IMG/VR virus record: IMGVR_UViG_3300008108_000013
From: a virus
Taxonomy: Duplodnaviria > Heunggongvirae > Uroviricota > Caudoviricetes
DNA: 64,000 nucleotides
Strand: one strand, 5' to 3'
The notes beneath the pieces were generated by a model. It saw only the letters and a list, made by a program, of their open reading frames with translations. It was not told where the DNA came from and did no database searches. Each line of letters starts with the position of its first letter. Position 1 is the stretch's first letter. This document shows positions 1 to 11,611 of the stretch, one piece after another. The position numbers and the translations under genes were made by a program.

Positions 1-2
1 TT

Positions 3-1889
3 AACAGATACACGCCACTAACTGGCACAACCCGTCAAGGTAGTGGTGCAGTGTTTGACATTATAGCCAACGATGGAGATCCTGGCATTTATACTGTTAT
101 TGTAACTAATAGCGGTGCAAACTACCTCGTTGACCATAAGATTAAGATTCTAGGTAGTCAACTAGGCGGTGTTGACGGAGTTAATGATATAATCCTTACT
201 GTAATCCAAGTTGATCCAACACTTGGAGTGGGTGTAAGTGGAACTGCCAACGGCGGATCACAGACAACATACACCGGCGTAACGGGAACTAACTATCAGG
301 TAGGTAGTGGATTTGAATTGATGTATGAGTCTGACTTAACAGCAGATTACGCAAGTTACGGCAATTATGCTGTGGTAACCAGCGGATCCAACTATGTTGA
401 AAACGACATTATAGTTGTTCCCGGTACCAGTTTAGATGGAACCAGTCCTGCCAATGACCTCACAGTTAGGGTCAGCGTCAATGCTGGACAGGTACAGTAT
501 GTACACGAGTTCTCAGGTACAGGGCAGACCAGTACTTTCAAGATAGCAATCACAGAGGCCGTAGACTTTGGAGGTGCAGGTTCTTGGAACTTAGAGTACG
601 CTCTAGGTGGAGAAGCATTTGTCTACAAAGCAGACGACCAGTTTGGTTATATATGGAGCAAGGTACTCAGTGCTGGTGGAGTAGATGATACAGAACGTTA
701 CTTGTCAGTAGCAGTAGATTCAAACAATGCTATCTATGCCGCAGGTGAAATGATTGCCCGTAACAACGTAGCAGGAGCAGATCTCAACAATATTTGGTGT
801 GCTGTAGTATCCAAGTTCGCCAGTGATGGTACACACGCTTGGACCAAGGCCCTAAACACCACACTTAACGATAGTTATGCCAAGTGTGTGAGTGTACAGG
901 GATCTAATACTGTTGTAGTCAGCCACAATTTGCCAATCGACGGCCTAACAGTGGTTACTAAACTTGATGCCGCAGGTAACATTAAGTGGCAGAGAGAAAC
1001 CAACTCCAATGATGACAGTTCAGTAGCAGTAGACTCTAATGGTGATGTCTATGCTATTGTAGAAGCAACATTTAATGATAGATATGAAAACTGTATCAAG
1101 TTAATCAAGCTCAATGCCGCAGGTGAGATAGCCTATCGCAAGTTCTTTGGTACACTGGTCTACGATCTTGGTGGCACTAACGAGTACTTCAAGAATGGAC
1201 GTAACTTGACACTAGACACAGACAACTTGTATGTGTCAGGTTATACCACAGCCTTTACTAACAACTTTGACAACAGTTTCTTAGTCAAACTACCTAAGTC
1301 AGCAGACTGTGAAGGATCTTACAGTGCGTGGGTTCTACAGAATGATATCTACAATGTCAACAAGATTACTACAACAGAAGCCACTACATTTACTCCAGTA
1401 GTAGGTGATGGAGAGTTTGAAGACTGGACACCAGACTTTAGTACTAACTGGTACGATCCAAGCAGTAGCGATGAGTACCACACTCTAGCAGAAATAGTAG
1501 ATCGTGATGGTGGTGCTATTGAATTTGCTGACGGTACACGTCAGACCAGTTCAGCACAGCAGATTCCACAGCGTAAGATTTTCAACGGTGCGGATCATAG
1601 ACTACAGCCAGAGGATTCAGGTAAGCACATCTTTGTTACTAACAGTGACACTAGTATTGTCGTTCCTTACGATCAAGACAGTCCACTGCCCATAGGATTC
1701 ACAGTGGTTGTAATTAATGATTCAGGTGGTGTTATAAACATCGACGCCGACGGTGGTGCTATCAATATCAGAAATACCAATGACGGTACTACAGCAACCT
1801 ACTACGATCTAGCCAGTTATGGTATGGCCACATTGATCAAAGTTGGTGAGAACTATTGGTATATCAGTGGCAACGTTACAATAGACTAA
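3..1889 (+). CDS. Virion structural/fibre protein, 5' partial, with beta-propeller-like repeats
   Basis: Frame is open from position 3. Repeated G-x-N-Y..I.I.G..L.G..ND modules, S-V-A-V-D-S-N-x-x-I/V-Y propeller-like repeats, G/T/S/N-rich composition. Confidence 0.7.
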   Translation, partial: NRYTPLTGTTRQGSGAVFDIIANDGDPGIYTVIVTNSGANYLVDHKIKILGSQLGGVDGVNDIILTVIQVDPTLGVGVSGTANGGSQTTYTGVTGTNYQVGSGFELMYESDLTADYASYGNYAVVTSGSNYVENDIIVVPGTSLDGTSPANDLTVRVSVNAGQVQYVHEFSGTGQTSTFKIAITEAVDFGGAGSWNLEYALGGEAFVYKADDQFGYIWSKVLSAGGVDDTERYLSVAVDSNNAIYAAGEMIARNNVAGADLNNIWCAVVSKFASDGTHAWTKALNTTLNDSYAKCVSVQGSNTVVVSHNLPIDGLTVVTKLDAAGNIKWQRETNSNDDSSVAVDSNGDVYAIVEATFNDRYENCIKLIKLNAAGEIAYRKFFGTLVYDLGGTNEYFKNGRNLTLDTDNLYVSGYTTAFTNNFDNSFLVKLPKSADCEGSYSAWVLQNDIYNVNKITTTEATTFTPVVGDGEFEDWTPDFSTNWYDPSSSDEYHTLAEIVDRDGGAIEFADGTRQTSSAQQIPQRKIFNGADHRLQPEDSGKHIFVTNSDTSIVVPYDQDSPLPIGFTVVVINDSGGVINIDADGGAINIRNTNDGTTATYYDLASYGMATLIKVGENYWYISGNVTID

Positions 1890-1899
1890 GGACTAGACG

Positions 1900-2832
1900 A
1901 TGCCTATAACACAGATATTATTAACAGCAAACGCAGGAGGAGGATCACCGCCTCCTACTTCAGCCGCAGACTTTACCATAGAATGGTGGCAAAAGGTTGA
2001 AAACAACAGTACCAATGCTCGTCCTTGGTCTGTAGGACTTTACCCTACACAGAAGTTGAGTCTGAGTTATGAAAGTATGCTTAATGATTATTTCTGGATC
2101 AACGACAGTTATATAATGACCACAGTACAGAGCCACATTGGAGCAGGTTGGCGTCACGTGGCCTATGTGCGTAGTAGCGGTGTAGTGCGAGGCTACATCA
2201 ACGGTACACAGTACACTTCTAATGCGTCCAACACTGATTTGATCACAGATACTACCACTCCTTTTTATGTAGGCACTGGTGAAACAGCCGCAGGAACTTA
2301 TAAAGGTTATATCACTGACTTACATATAATTAAAGGTGTAGCAAAATATACTACCAACAACTTCACTCCACCAACTACCTATCAACTCACTGGTCAAACA
2401 GGCAGCGTATTCTTGTTGTCAGCAGTAGGAGCAGGTAATGGCATTGACGCTGTGGGCAGTAAACCTATTCTTGGGTTAACTGGATCTGTTACAACAAACT
2501 CAGATGTACCATTCGCTGCCTTGGGTCCTTATACACAACTTACCAACCAGAGCGGAACTAATATTATTGATTTCGCCGGTGCCAACTACAACAGTGATCT
2601 ATTAAATGTAAAGGCAGGTTGGACAGTTAGTGACGGTGTTGGCCAAACAGGCACAGTGACTAGTGATGCCGTTGACCTAGGCGGCAACTACATTAGAATC
2701 GGTGTAAGTTTTACCCCAGTTAATAATATTACCACTTGGACATTCACACAGCCATCTATGTACAGTTATTACTTTGATGGAGTTAGTTATTTCAACTATG
2801 GTCCCAGTGTAGATTGGGCTATGGATGCCTAA
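1900..2832 (+). CDS. LamG/concanavalin A-like lectin domain virion protein
   Basis: DFTIEWW, WRHVAYVRSSGVVRGYING and GYITDLHIIKGVAKY are typical LamG-like strands. Confidence 0.8.
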   Translation: MPITQILLTANAGGGSPPPTSAADFTIEWWQKVENNSTNARPWSVGLYPTQKLSLSYESMLNDYFWINDSYIMTTVQSHIGAGWRHVAYVRSSGVVRGYINGTQYTSNASNTDLITDTTTPFYVGTGETAAGTYKGYITDLHIIKGVAKYTTNNFTPPTTYQLTGQTGSVFLLSAVGAGNGIDAVGSKPILGLTGSVTTNSDVPFAALGPYTQLTNQSGTNIIDFAGANYNSDLLNVKAGWTVSDGVGQTGTVTSDAVDLGGNYIRIGVSFTPVNNITTWTFTQPSMYSYYFDGVSYFNYGPSVDWAMDA

Positions 2833-3281
2833 TGTACACACATAGTCGTATAGATGTTGATTCGGGTGTAGCGGCAGAAGTTGTCAAACTCTACAGAGAT
2901 TTAGACAATGCTCGAGGTGGACGTTATGGTACTTGGCACAGTCGTAGAATTAAGACTAATCCGTACCTGTGGTTCAAGAGTACTTTTAACAGAGTAGCGG
3001 CTGCTATAGGCGATCTACGTATAGACGAATGGTGGTTTAACTGCGGTGAACCTGGTGATGAATATCGCTGGCACAGTCATACTCCGTACTTGTGGAGCGG
3101 TGTTCTGTATATACAAACACCAGAAAACTGCGGGGGCATAGAGTTCAGAAGTTGGGAATCTCACGAAATCTTACAGCCTCAAGCGGGAGATTTCCTACTG
3201 TTTCCAGGCACACTAGCACATAGGGTTTTACCTAATTTGAGTACAGATTTTAGGATTAGTGTAGCATTCAACTTTAAGTAA
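2832..3281 (+). CDS. 2OG-Fe(II) oxygenase family protein
   Basis: HSH..WSGVLYIQTP, LLFPGTLAHRV and RISVAFN motifs. ATG at 2832 overlaps the upstream TAA. Confidence 0.8.
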   Translation: MYTHSRIDVDSGVAAEVVKLYRDLDNARGGRYGTWHSRRIKTNPYLWFKSTFNRVAAAIGDLRIDEWWFNCGEPGDEYRWHSHTPYLWSGVLYIQTPENCGGIEFRSWESHEILQPQAGDFLLFPGTLAHRVLPNLSTDFRISVAFNFK

Positions 3282-3287
3282 TAAATA
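3282..3287 (+). promoter_or_regulatory. TAAATA late-promoter-like motif (representative copy)
   Basis: Recurs just upstream of genes at 4340, 7597, 14916, 17922, 23441, 27661, 35767, 43771, 52084, 52859 (+) and 14863, 63305 (-). Resembles the T4 late promoter TATAAATA. Confidence 0.7.
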
Positions 3288-3306
3288 CATAAAATAGGAT
3301 GATTAT

Positions 3307-3726
3307 ATGCGTTTCCGTGAATTTATTGTTAAACCCGAAGAACTAGACCTACAAGAAGGTGATAGTTTTGATATTGAGCTAGACAACATCGTTCTAGAAA
3401 CTGGTATTTTAGAAATACTAGAAGACGGTGTTCTAGTTGAAATGGACGCTGTAGGCATGAGTTATTTGTCAAATTTTCAACTAGACGAAGCTGAATATCA
3501 AGGTCGAAACGTTCCCCTAGGCAAGCCTATGAAGGGCGATGTTAAAAAGTCAAAGGTTTATGTAAAAGGTCCTAGCGGTCGTGTAGTCAAAGTAAACTTT
3601 GGCGATAAGAAGATGAAAATTAAAAAGTCTAATCCTAAGCGTCGTAAGAGCTTTAGAGCTAGACATAACTGTGCAAATCCTGGACCACGCTGGAAGGCAC
3701 GCTATTGGTCTTGCAGAGCATGGTAA
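3307..3726 (+). CDS. Conserved phage protein with basic C-terminal domain (DUF6321-like, from recall)
   Basis: C-terminal KVNFGD...RRKSFRARHNC....ARYWSCRAW. Preceded by TAAATA. Confidence 0.6.
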   Translation: MRFREFIVKPEELDLQEGDSFDIELDNIVLETGILEILEDGVLVEMDAVGMSYLSNFQLDEAEYQGRNVPLGKPMKGDVKKSKVYVKGPSGRVVKVNFGDKKMKIKKSNPKRRKSFRARHNCANPGPRWKARYWSCRAW

Positions 3727-3735
3727 GGAGCGAAA

Positions 3736-4326
3736 ATGACACTACAAACTATTAATATTGGCGGGTACGCAAATGATGGCACAGGCGATGATCTACGCAC
3801 CGCGTTTGAAAAAGTCAACAGCAACTTTGCAGAATTAGGCACAGTTTCGGGAATTATTGCAGGTGATAATCTCGGACCTGCTACAGGTAATGTAGGTAAT
3901 GTTTTTGCACAGCGTAATGCTACAGATCCTGTGCTAGAATTCCGTACACTTACTAGCACTGATTCTAGCGTAGAGATTACTGAAAATACTACTACAATAA
4001 ATCTTAAAAATCTCAGCAAAATAGAAAACGACCCTGCACCCAAGCTAGGCACTGATCTACAGTTAAACGGACATAATATTATAACAGGGCCTGGCAACGG
4101 TGATGTACAAACCACAGTATGGGGTCTAGATATTAGACAAACTAATGCTGTTATTGAACTCTTGTTCAGTTCTGGCAATTTATCATTAGAATTTGGTGCT
4201 ATAGAATCACAAGGTAATATCGGTGCTCCGCCGCCTCCTAGCACAGATTTAGATTTTAACGGACTATCGTTACTAGGTTTTCCTACAGCTCCGGGTGTTC
4301 CAAACTTAGACTTCGGTAGTTTATAA
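3736..4326 (+). CDS. Baseplate wedge/tail fibre connector-like protein (T4 gp9/gp10-type N-terminus)
   Basis: N-terminal INIGGYANDGTGDDLRTAFEKVNSNFAEL. Confidence 0.7.
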   Translation: MTLQTINIGGYANDGTGDDLRTAFEKVNSNFAELGTVSGIIAGDNLGPATGNVGNVFAQRNATDPVLEFRTLTSTDSSVEITENTTTINLKNLSKIENDPAPKLGTDLQLNGHNIITGPGNGDVQTTVWGLDIRQTNAVIELLFSSGNLSLEFGAIESQGNIGAPPPPSTDLDFNGLSLLGFPTAPGVPNLDFGSL

Positions 4327-4366
4327 TCAAAATTAACGATAAATATTGCTACAGTAGAGAGCAATT

Positions 4367-7300
4367 ATGGCGTTAAATGTATGGACTAAACCCTCTGGTT
4401 GGAATTTTGGATACCCTGCGGGATCCAACACATCTGTAAATAGTGGTAGTTTTATACCTAATTTACAGTATGTAATTCAATCAGTAGGAACTACAGATTT
4501 TACAAAAATCGGTGCACCTGTGAACACAGTAGGAACAGTATTCACAGCGACTAATAACGGGGGCGAAGCAGGCCCTATAGTCACTAATCCCTCAACAGGA
4601 TTGCAATCTCCAAGTCCCGGAACTGGAGTCGCTAGCAGAGTAGCATTCAGCGAAAGACGATCGCTCACTCTTAATTTGCCTATTGAAAATTTTACCGGGG
4701 TTACATTTACTAAAATAAGCGGTGAGTTTCCTCCTGGATTAAGACTAGAAGGAACTACGATAGTCGGTTCTGCCTTTGAAGTTCCTCGAGTTACAGATTT
4801 TACATTTGTTATACGTGCTAGTAAAGAAGGACAAATTAGCGATAGAACATTTACTATCACTATAGAAGGTGCTGACGAGCCAGAGTTTGATACTCCTGCA
4901 GGTCTGTTAGAGTTAGGGGATCCTGGCGAATTATTTGTAATGGACAGTACCTTTGTAGATTATCAAATAGAAGCATATGATTCAGATACAGGCGCTGGGC
5001 AAAGATTAAGTTATTTCATTTCTAGAGGTGATGGTGAATTGCCTCCAGGACTAACCTTGACCCAAGACGGAAGGTTAGTAGGATTTATACAACCTACACT
5101 ATCTATAAAACCAGAAGACGGTGATGGTACATTTGACGATGGCACGTACGATGTAGTAGCCTATGACTTTGCTTTCCGACCAACTAATGGTTTCGATAGC
5201 TACGTGTACGACGGTGTTTTCTTTGATTACAGCCTAGCATCAGGCAGACCAAAAAAATTAAATAGAACTTATCAATTTACTGTAACTGTAACTGACGGCG
5301 ATAGTTATAAAAAGAGAACTTTTAATATATTTGTTGTCGGTGATGATTATTTTCGTGCAGACAACACTACATGGTTAAACGCAGATCCGCTGTTCACTTC
5401 TGACGTTACCTACATGCGAGCACCAACTTGGTTGACTCCCAGCTACCTCGGTTTAAAAAGAGCAAACAATTATATCACTCTAATACTAGACACATACGAA
5501 ACAGAAAATATCATCTATGAATTAGAGCAAGTAAATGCAAATTCTAAAGCAACTACTAAAAGAAGATTTTCCATCGTAAACAGTGAGCCAGTTTATGAAA
5601 GTGCTAATATCATTGGTTCACAGTTTTTAACAACAACGTTAACTACCGTCAAGCCGACTGTTGGTCATTTTTTAACTTTTAGCGGTAAAGTTCCCGAGGC
5701 TTTTAGAATAAACAGAGTTGATGCAGTAGAAGATTTAGGTAACGGTGCTTATAAGTTAACATTATATTACCCATTAGAAGTTGATGTTCCGGATGACGTT
5801 GAGTTTTTAATTGGAACTGTCAGTGAATTGCCTCCCGGAATGGCATTCGACGAAAACAATGCAGAGGTACACGGACTAGTTCCGTATCAGCCAGCCATTA
5901 CTAGAACTTACACCTTTACAGTAACAGCTACTAAACTTAGCGGTAAAATCAATTCTGCAGAATATGTTGTTGTTCCAACTAACCAAGGAATTAGAATTAA
6001 CGAAATTGTTGTTAATAAAATTGATTATCCGTTAATATCATCGGTTCTAAACGAAGTTAGCTCATTTACAATTGACAATGTCAGCTATGATTCATCTAAT
6101 ATAACATCAGTTGACTATTCTAACCCATCTCAAGTTACTATTAATCTTTTAACTAATATTATCATTAATAGTAACACTAAGGTATCTTTTAAGTATATCC
6201 TTTCAGCAGGGGAAAGATCTAGTAGTCCAAAAATATTCACCGTTGATATATTAGGTGAAGTTGATAGCGCATTAACATGGAACACACCTAGCGACCTTGG
6301 CACTATTAATGCTAACTTTATTTCGACGCTAAGTGTACGAGCTACAAGTAGTATTCCTGGGGCAACTATACTTTATAATCTTATAAGTGGTCGTTTACCA
6401 CCCGGTTTAACTCTAGACCTTGATGGCGAAATTATCGGAAAAGTAAATCAATACAGCACAGAAGATCAAAGCGGTTTAACTGGATTTGTTGATACTGTAT
6501 ATCTAGATCTGTTAACAGGCGGTGATGCTTACGAAGACGAGTATTCTTCAAACAATGACATAGACGGCGGAGATGCATATGGATCCGGTGATAGTGTTTC
6601 GGGTGGAAATTCTTTTACTACCTATGCCACTATTACACAACCTTCAGAGTTCGACGGAGGTACTACATCGTTTGATCGAGACTATGTATTCACAATCGAA
6701 GCTCGAGATCAATTTGGTTACAGTGCCATTACTCGCACATTTAGAATAAACGTAGAAACTCCAGATCAATTAGTCTATAGTAATATTCGAGTTAAACCAT
6801 TATTAAAACTAGAACAAAGATCTTTATGGAGTAGTTTTATAGACAATACCGATGTGTTTACGCCCGGTAGTATCTATAGACCAAATGATCCAAACTTCGG
6901 AGTACAAAAAGATCTATCAATGGTAGTATTTGCCGGAGTCGAGACCAAAGAAGCGGCTGCATATATCAGTGCTATTGGTCTGAACCATAAGAGAAAAAGA
7001 TTTAATTTTAATCAGATTAAAAAAGCCACTGCGTATGTTCCAGGAACACAGACAGCAATATATGAAGTAATATATGTCGAAATGGCTGATCCCCTTGAGC
7101 CAAAAGGCAAGCGTCTGCCTAATAAATTAAATAGACATAAAGCTCAACCTAATCCAATTACAATTGATACTAGTAATAGTATATGGAGTAGAAAAATAAA
7201 TGATTTAACTGCTGATTTTCCCGAAGCTCGGAGACCAGAAAATATAATTACAGCAGATGGCACTGGATATAAATCTAGTGACAGCAACTATCAAGAGTAT

Positions 7301-7636
7301 TTTCCGAATAGTGTTAGCAATTGGAGAGATCGTATAAAAAATTGGTCTAGCGATGGCGAAAATTTTGCCGTTGAAAGAAACTATCTTCCCCTTTGGATGC
7401 GTAGCATACAGCCGGGAACTAAAACAGAGCTAGATTTTCAACTGGCTGTGCCGCTATGCTACTGCAAAGTTGGCACTGCTGATAATCTGCTTTTAAATAT
7501 TAAAAATTACTTTAGTACTACAGGATTTAGCTTTAATCAGCTAGACTATACTGTAGATCGATATATAATAGATTCCATAGAGGGTCAAACACAAGATAAA
7601 TATCTAGTATTCAGAAATGATAGGATAACCGTATGA
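4367..7636 (+). CDS. Large virion/baseplate protein with putative Ig-like repeats
   Basis: Four LPPG(L/M) repeats, each followed by F.(F/V)T(V/I).A.D-type strands. Structural gene context. Confidence 0.7.
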   Translation: MALNVWTKPSGWNFGYPAGSNTSVNSGSFIPNLQYVIQSVGTTDFTKIGAPVNTVGTVFTATNNGGEAGPIVTNPSTGLQSPSPGTGVASRVAFSERRSLTLNLPIENFTGVTFTKISGEFPPGLRLEGTTIVGSAFEVPRVTDFTFVIRASKEGQISDRTFTITIEGADEPEFDTPAGLLELGDPGELFVMDSTFVDYQIEAYDSDTGAGQRLSYFISRGDGELPPGLTLTQDGRLVGFIQPTLSIKPEDGDGTFDDGTYDVVAYDFAFRPTNGFDSYVYDGVFFDYSLASGRPKKLNRTYQFTVTVTDGDSYKKRTFNIFVVGDDYFRADNTTWLNADPLFTSDVTYMRAPTWLTPSYLGLKRANNYITLILDTYETENIIYELEQVNANSKATTKRRFSIVNSEPVYESANIIGSQFLTTTLTTVKPTVGHFLTFSGKVPEAFRINRVDAVEDLGNGAYKLTLYYPLEVDVPDDVEFLIGTVSELPPGMAFDENNAEVHGLVPYQPAITRTYTFTVTATKLSGKINSAEYVVVPTNQGIRINEIVVNKIDYPLISSVLNEVSSFTIDNVSYDSSNITSVDYSNPSQVTINLLTNIIINSNTKVSFKYILSAGERSSSPKIFTVDILGEVDSALTWNTPSDLGTINANFISTLSVRATSSIPGATILYNLISGRLPPGLTLDLDGEIIGKVNQYSTEDQSGLTGFVDTVYLDLLTGGDAYEDEYSSNNDIDGGDAYGSGDSVSGGNSFTTYATITQPSEFDGGTTSFDRDYVFTIEARDQFGYSAITRTFRINVETPDQLVYSNIRVKPLLKLEQRSLWSSFIDNTDVFTPGSIYRPNDPNFGVQKDLSMVVFAGVETKEAAAYISAIGLNHKRKRFNFNQIKKATAYVPGTQTAIYEVIYVEMADPLEPKGKRLPNKLNRHKAQPNPITIDTSNSIWSRKINDLTADFPEARRPENIITADGTGYKSSDSNYQEYFPNSVSNWRDRIKNWSSDGENFAVERNYLPLWMRSIQPGTKTELDFQLAVPLCYCKVGTADNLLLNIKNYFSTTGFSFNQLDYTVDRYIIDSIEGQTQDKYLVFRNDRITV

Positions 7637-10176
7637 CAAGCCAGATAAACTACCAGAGCATTGATAAAACTTACCCTGTTGCAGGCAAAGACAATGATAG
7701 CCAAGGATTTAGAGATAACTTCGATGTTATCCAGCGTAACTTCCGCTATGCAAAAGAAGAACTTGAAGATTTACAATCAAAAGCCGTATTAAAAGCTCCG
7801 CTAGCCGGGGACAATGTAAGCGGAACATTTAGTAACGACCTAGGCGGTAGCAATATATCTAACGGTAGTTTCACTAATTTTCATGGTACTAGCTATGCGG
7901 CTGAAGCCAGTGGCACTAGAAATATTAGTATTCTTGACGGGTCATTACAGTCTTATACTGTGTTGGGTGATACCGAATTTACATTTATCGAATGGCCGGA
8001 CAGTGGAAATTATGCTCGAGTAAAAGTACATTTAGTTAGTAACGGATCTATTATAAACGTTGGTAACGACATTGAAATTGGTAAAAGATATACTATTGAT
8101 AATCCAGGAACGACTAACTGGATTTCCATGGGTGCTAGTCCCAGTGCAATTTGGAAGGGGTCATTTTCCGGTACAACACTAACTGTTACATCTGTTTCTA
8201 GCGGAAATTTAGCAGTCGGAACATATTTGATCGGAACTGGTATTACTCCTGGAACAAGAATAACTGGCTTGGGGTCTGGTACTGGTGGTACAGGAACATA
8301 CGCAGTTAATAACAGTATAACCTTAAATAATCCTAGTGATACGTACTACGGAATTATTTCTGGAACTGTATTTGACGCTGACACTAATGGATCTGGTGAC
8401 GGTACTGTTAAACCTTGGCACGAAATAACATTTGCCACTGAAGGACAGGGCGTTATCGTACCCAATGTTGATTTTATTTTACCTATCAAATTAAATCCTA
8501 ATTTATCAAACCAAGTAGTCGAAGCATGGACATGGACTGGAAGTACTACCAAGAAAGTATTTTTAGACTATGTTGGTACCATGGGGTCTGGAACATCAAA
8601 CTACAATGCATTAAATGTCGGATCGCTATCAGTCAACGATGCTACAGAATCTTTAGATATAGAAACAGGTTCAGTAGTAGTTTCCGGTGGTGTTGGTATT
8701 GCTAAAAACTTAAATGTAGGCGGAAGCCTTTTAGTAGAAGGTGACCTTACAGTCAACGGCGAGAGTGTCTTAACTAGTTCATCAATTACAATCACCGACC
8801 TAGACAATATACAAAACGTTGTTGTTTCAACTCCGATAGCAGGCGACAGCTTAAAATGGAACGGTTCCGTATGGACTAACCAAGCAGATTTAATTGAATA
8901 TGCAGTAAGTATCGAAGAATACGGCGACGGAGTTAGACAAGTCTTTGCGTTCGATAGCAATCTTCTAGCAGAAGTTGATCTCGGCACTGGTGTTGTTACA
9001 CAATATCCTATTAAGTTCCAAAGAGGAAAAAAATATCGATTTGACATCACTGACGCTAGCAATGAAAATCGTCTTTTAAGATTTTCCTTAACACCCGATA
9101 CTATCGTAACTGTTGATGGTAACTCACCGGATACTGTTACTCCATACACTGACAATATTGTGATAACTAGTTCTTATGTTGAAATATTAGTTACAGAAGA
9201 AACTCCTAGTCCATTATATTTTTACGGACAACAAGTAACCGGTGGTCCTGATACTTCGTTATTAGGTGCGGCGGTTCCGATCCAAGTAGGCAACGGTCCT
9301 GTATTAGTTAGCAAAGACTATACTGCATACGGAAATCAAGATATTGTTGTCGACTCAGCCGACGGATCTCTAACAATTACATTACCTTATGATAATGAAG
9401 GTTATGTACTTACACCAGGAACTTATATTACTATAACAGATAATGGTAGTGCTGATACTAATCCTATAACTATCAAAGTAAAAGATGATATTAGTAATTC
9501 AATAAACGGTGATACAGTTAACAAATCAAGAGTGCTTAGTGGTGCATACGGAACTGTAACGTTTGTGTATGACGGTTTTACTAATTGGACTTACATTAAA
9601 GCAGGTTACAATGGCAGTGATCAAGGGGTACCTAGTTCAAATATAAGTTTAAACACTACTGTAACTTATCTATCAACCGAAGACGTAGAAAGTTATAACC
9701 TCGGTGCTGGTTCTGAAGGACAGACAAAAGTTTTAGTAATGAAAGTGGACCAAGGTGATGCTACAGTCACCGTTACTAATGCAGGTTGGGTTAGTGGTGG
9801 TGGATCAAGTACTATTGTATTCGACACAAGAGGTGATTCTGTAACACTACAATACGTCGATGGCTCTTGGTACGTAATTGGTAACAATGGCTGTGAAATA
9901 GGAGGCGTTACACCTGCTGAAATTATTTCAACCCCTGTCACTGCTAGCTCAACTGGAAAAGCTGGACAAATATCATATGATTCAGATTATCTATATATTT
10001 GTATCCAAGAAAACACATGGAAGGCAATACCGTTCCTCAGCGCATTCGGTGAGAGTTTTGCACAAGGCTTTACTACACTAGACGAATTAACAGACGTTGC
10101 TATATCCGGAGTAATTGCTGGACAAGTACTCAAATGGAGCGGCACACAGTGGGTTAACGACAGTGACGCAACATAA
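7633..10176 (+). CDS. Virion structural/fibre protein
   Basis: N-terminal [17 protein letters not shown] (gp9/10-like), mosaic beta-rich modules, ATGA overlap with upstream gene. Confidence 0.65.
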   Translation: MTSQINYQSIDKTYPVAGKDNDSQGFRDNFDVIQRNFRYAKEELEDLQSKAVLKAPLAGDNVSGTFSNDLGGSNISNGSFTNFHGTSYAAEASGTRNISILDGSLQSYTVLGDTEFTFIEWPDSGNYARVKVHLVSNGSIINVGNDIEIGKRYTIDNPGTTNWISMGASPSAIWKGSFSGTTLTVTSVSSGNLAVGTYLIGTGITPGTRITGLGSGTGGTGTYAVNNSITLNNPSDTYYGIISGTVFDADTNGSGDGTVKPWHEITFATEGQGVIVPNVDFILPIKLNPNLSNQVVEAWTWTGSTTKKVFLDYVGTMGSGTSNYNALNVGSLSVNDATESLDIETGSVVVSGGVGIAKNLNVGGSLLVEGDLTVNGESVLTSSSITITDLDNIQNVVVSTPIAGDSLKWNGSVWTNQADLIEYAVSIEEYGDGVRQVFAFDSNLLAEVDLGTGVVTQYPIKFQRGKKYRFDITDASNENRLLRFSLTPDTIVTVDGNSPDTVTPYTDNIVITSSYVEILVTEETPSPLYFYGQQVTGGPDTSLLGAAVPIQVGNGPVLVSKDYTAYGNQDIVVDSADGSLTITLPYDNEGYVLTPGTYITITDNGSADTNPITIKVKDDISNSINGDTVNKSRVLSGAYGTVTFVYDGFTNWTYIKAGYNGSDQGVPSSNISLNTTVTYLSTEDVESYNLGAGSEGQTKVLVMKVDQGDATVTVTNAGWVSGGGSSTIVFDTRGDSVTLQYVDGSWYVIGNNGCEIGGVTPAEIISTPVTASSTGKAGQISYDSDYLYICIQENTWKAIPFLSAFGESFAQGFTTLDELTDVAISGVIAGQVLKWSGTQWVNDSDAT

Positions 10177-10179
10177 TTT

Positions 10180-10410
10180 ATGCATCCATTAATACACGAT
10201 ACTAATGAACTTAAAATTAGCGAGTTAGAAAACCGAATAAGTGATCTAACTCGCAAGTATTTCTCTACAGCTAATCCAGAATTAAGAAATCAAATAGTCT
10301 TAGCATTAGACACTTATAAAATGGCTTTGTCCAGAAGACAACAAGAAGAATACGAGAAAATGATCCAAAGTCGGGACAAAGGTCTTGACAAATTAATCAA
10401 AGTCAACTAA
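10180..10410 (+). CDS. Hypothetical helical protein
   Basis: 76-aa ORF filling the gap between co-oriented genes. Confidence 0.6.
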   Translation: MHPLIHDTNELKISELENRISDLTRKYFSTANPELRNQIVLALDTYKMALSRRQQEEYEKMIQSRDKGLDKLIKVN

Positions 10411-10413
10411 TAT
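10385..10413 (+). promoter_or_regulatory. Possible sigma70-type promoter upstream of the DnaE fragment
   Basis: TTGACA-N17-TAATAT. Confidence 0.4.
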
Positions 10414-10419
10414 AGTTGA

Positions 10420-10935
10420 ATGCGATTAGATCAATATTCAAATCCAATACTTAACGATCAAGATATATTTGAAGCATTATATCGTGGCTTCAAACTAACT
10501 TCTGCTGATACTATTATTGTCGATCGAACAGAAGAAACTACTAAATTGGAACAACATTTAGATTTTAGCTTCGTTCCGCCGATTAATGCCAATGATGAGT
10601 TGAGCATTGAAGATTATGATCGATATATGCAAGACAATTGGAACATGCCTAGCGAATATAAACAAATGGATATAGAAGCATGGCTCAAAGAACAATGTCC
10701 GCCGTGGGATCCTCAGTGTACTAGACTAGCAGAAGAATTGGCTGCGTACAAAGCAAGAAATATGCTAGATTTACTACGCTGGTTAAAATATTTTGTAGAT
10801 ACTTGCTCAAAAGAAGGTGTAGTATGGGGAGTAGGACGTGGATCTAGTGTAGCAAGTTATGTATTATACTTAATAGGTGTTCATAGCATCGACCCTATTA
10901 AATTTAATTTGGACTGGCAGGAATTCCTGAGATAA
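10420..10935 (+). CDS. DNA polymerase III alpha (DnaE)-like fragment
   Basis: RL.EEL...GVVWGVGRGSSVASYVLYLIGVHSIDPIKFNLDWQEFL parallels DnaE GPGRGSAAGSLVAY.L.IT.LDP..Y.LLFERFL. Confidence 0.8.
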   Translation: MRLDQYSNPILNDQDIFEALYRGFKLTSADTIIVDRTEETTKLEQHLDFSFVPPINANDELSIEDYDRYMQDNWNMPSEYKQMDIEAWLKEQCPPWDPQCTRLAEELAAYKARNMLDLLRWLKYFVDTCSKEGVVWGVGRGSSVASYVLYLIGVHSIDPIKFNLDWQEFLR

Positions 10936-10961
10936 GTAAAGCACAGTCCTAGGAGATTATT

Positions 10962-11204
10962 ATGGCAATGAAAGAAACACCAAAACAAGTTTACCGTTCT
11001 ATGCAAGGTAAAGAAGTTGATATGCAAAAAATGGCTATGCAACATGAAATGACTGTTGCAGTTGGTAACGTAAAAGTAAATGCTCGTGGCGATGAACTTG
11101 GCCCGGGTGGAAAAATTATTCGTAAACGAGAAGACGTATTACGAGAAACTACTAACAAACAAACTTCAAAAGAAATTAACGAGGATCCTACAGGAGGCGT
11201 ATGA
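10962..11204 (+). CDS. Hypothetical protein
   Basis: 80-aa ORF with AGGAG RBS. Confidence 0.65.
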   Translation: MAMKETPKQVYRSMQGKEVDMQKMAMQHEMTVAVGNVKVNARGDELGPGGKIIRKREDVLRETTNKQTSKEINEDPTGGV

Positions 11205-11587
11205 AAGCTCTAGCTAACAAAATTAGACCTATTCGTAAACATATCTTAGTTCGAGATATGAACTTTGGCGAGCAAACTACTGCTAGTGGTATTGTTATCC
11301 GTAGTGATGATGGCAAGTCCGAGGGTGTTAAGCCTCGTTGGGCAAAAGTATTCGCGATTGGCCCTGAGCAGACTGATGTTAAAGTCGGCGAATGGATTCT
11401 ACTCGAACACGGTCGTTGGACTCGAGGAATCGAAGTCGAAGAAGATGACGGCACTAAATTTACTATATGGCGAGCTGATCCAGACGGAATCCTAGCATCA
11501 GCAGATGAGAAACCATCCGATTTGGAATTAGGAAAATTTTCTACACCAACAGAAGGCGGTATGTACGACTTCAGCAAAACTATCTAA
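11201..11587 (+). CDS. groES: GroES/Cpn10 co-chaperonin
   Basis: IRPIRKHILV, TTASGIVI mobile loop, VFAIGP..VKVGEWIL. Confidence 0.85.
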   Translation: MKALANKIRPIRKHILVRDMNFGEQTTASGIVIRSDDGKSEGVKPRWAKVFAIGPEQTDVKVGEWILLEHGRWTRGIEVEEDDGTKFTIWRADPDGILASADEKPSDLELGKFSTPTEGGMYDFSKTI

Positions 11588-11611
11588 TTTTTCTTTTGAG
11601 TAACAGGGCTC

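Noticed and set aside
1-10176. Diversity-generating retroelement acting on fibre genes
   Set aside because: No reverse transcriptase and no template/variable repeat pair differing at adenines were seen in the window
10420-10935. Calling the DnaE fragment a pseudogene
   Set aside because: It has a clean start and stop, no adjacent DnaE remnants in other frames, and is tightly packed with its neighbours
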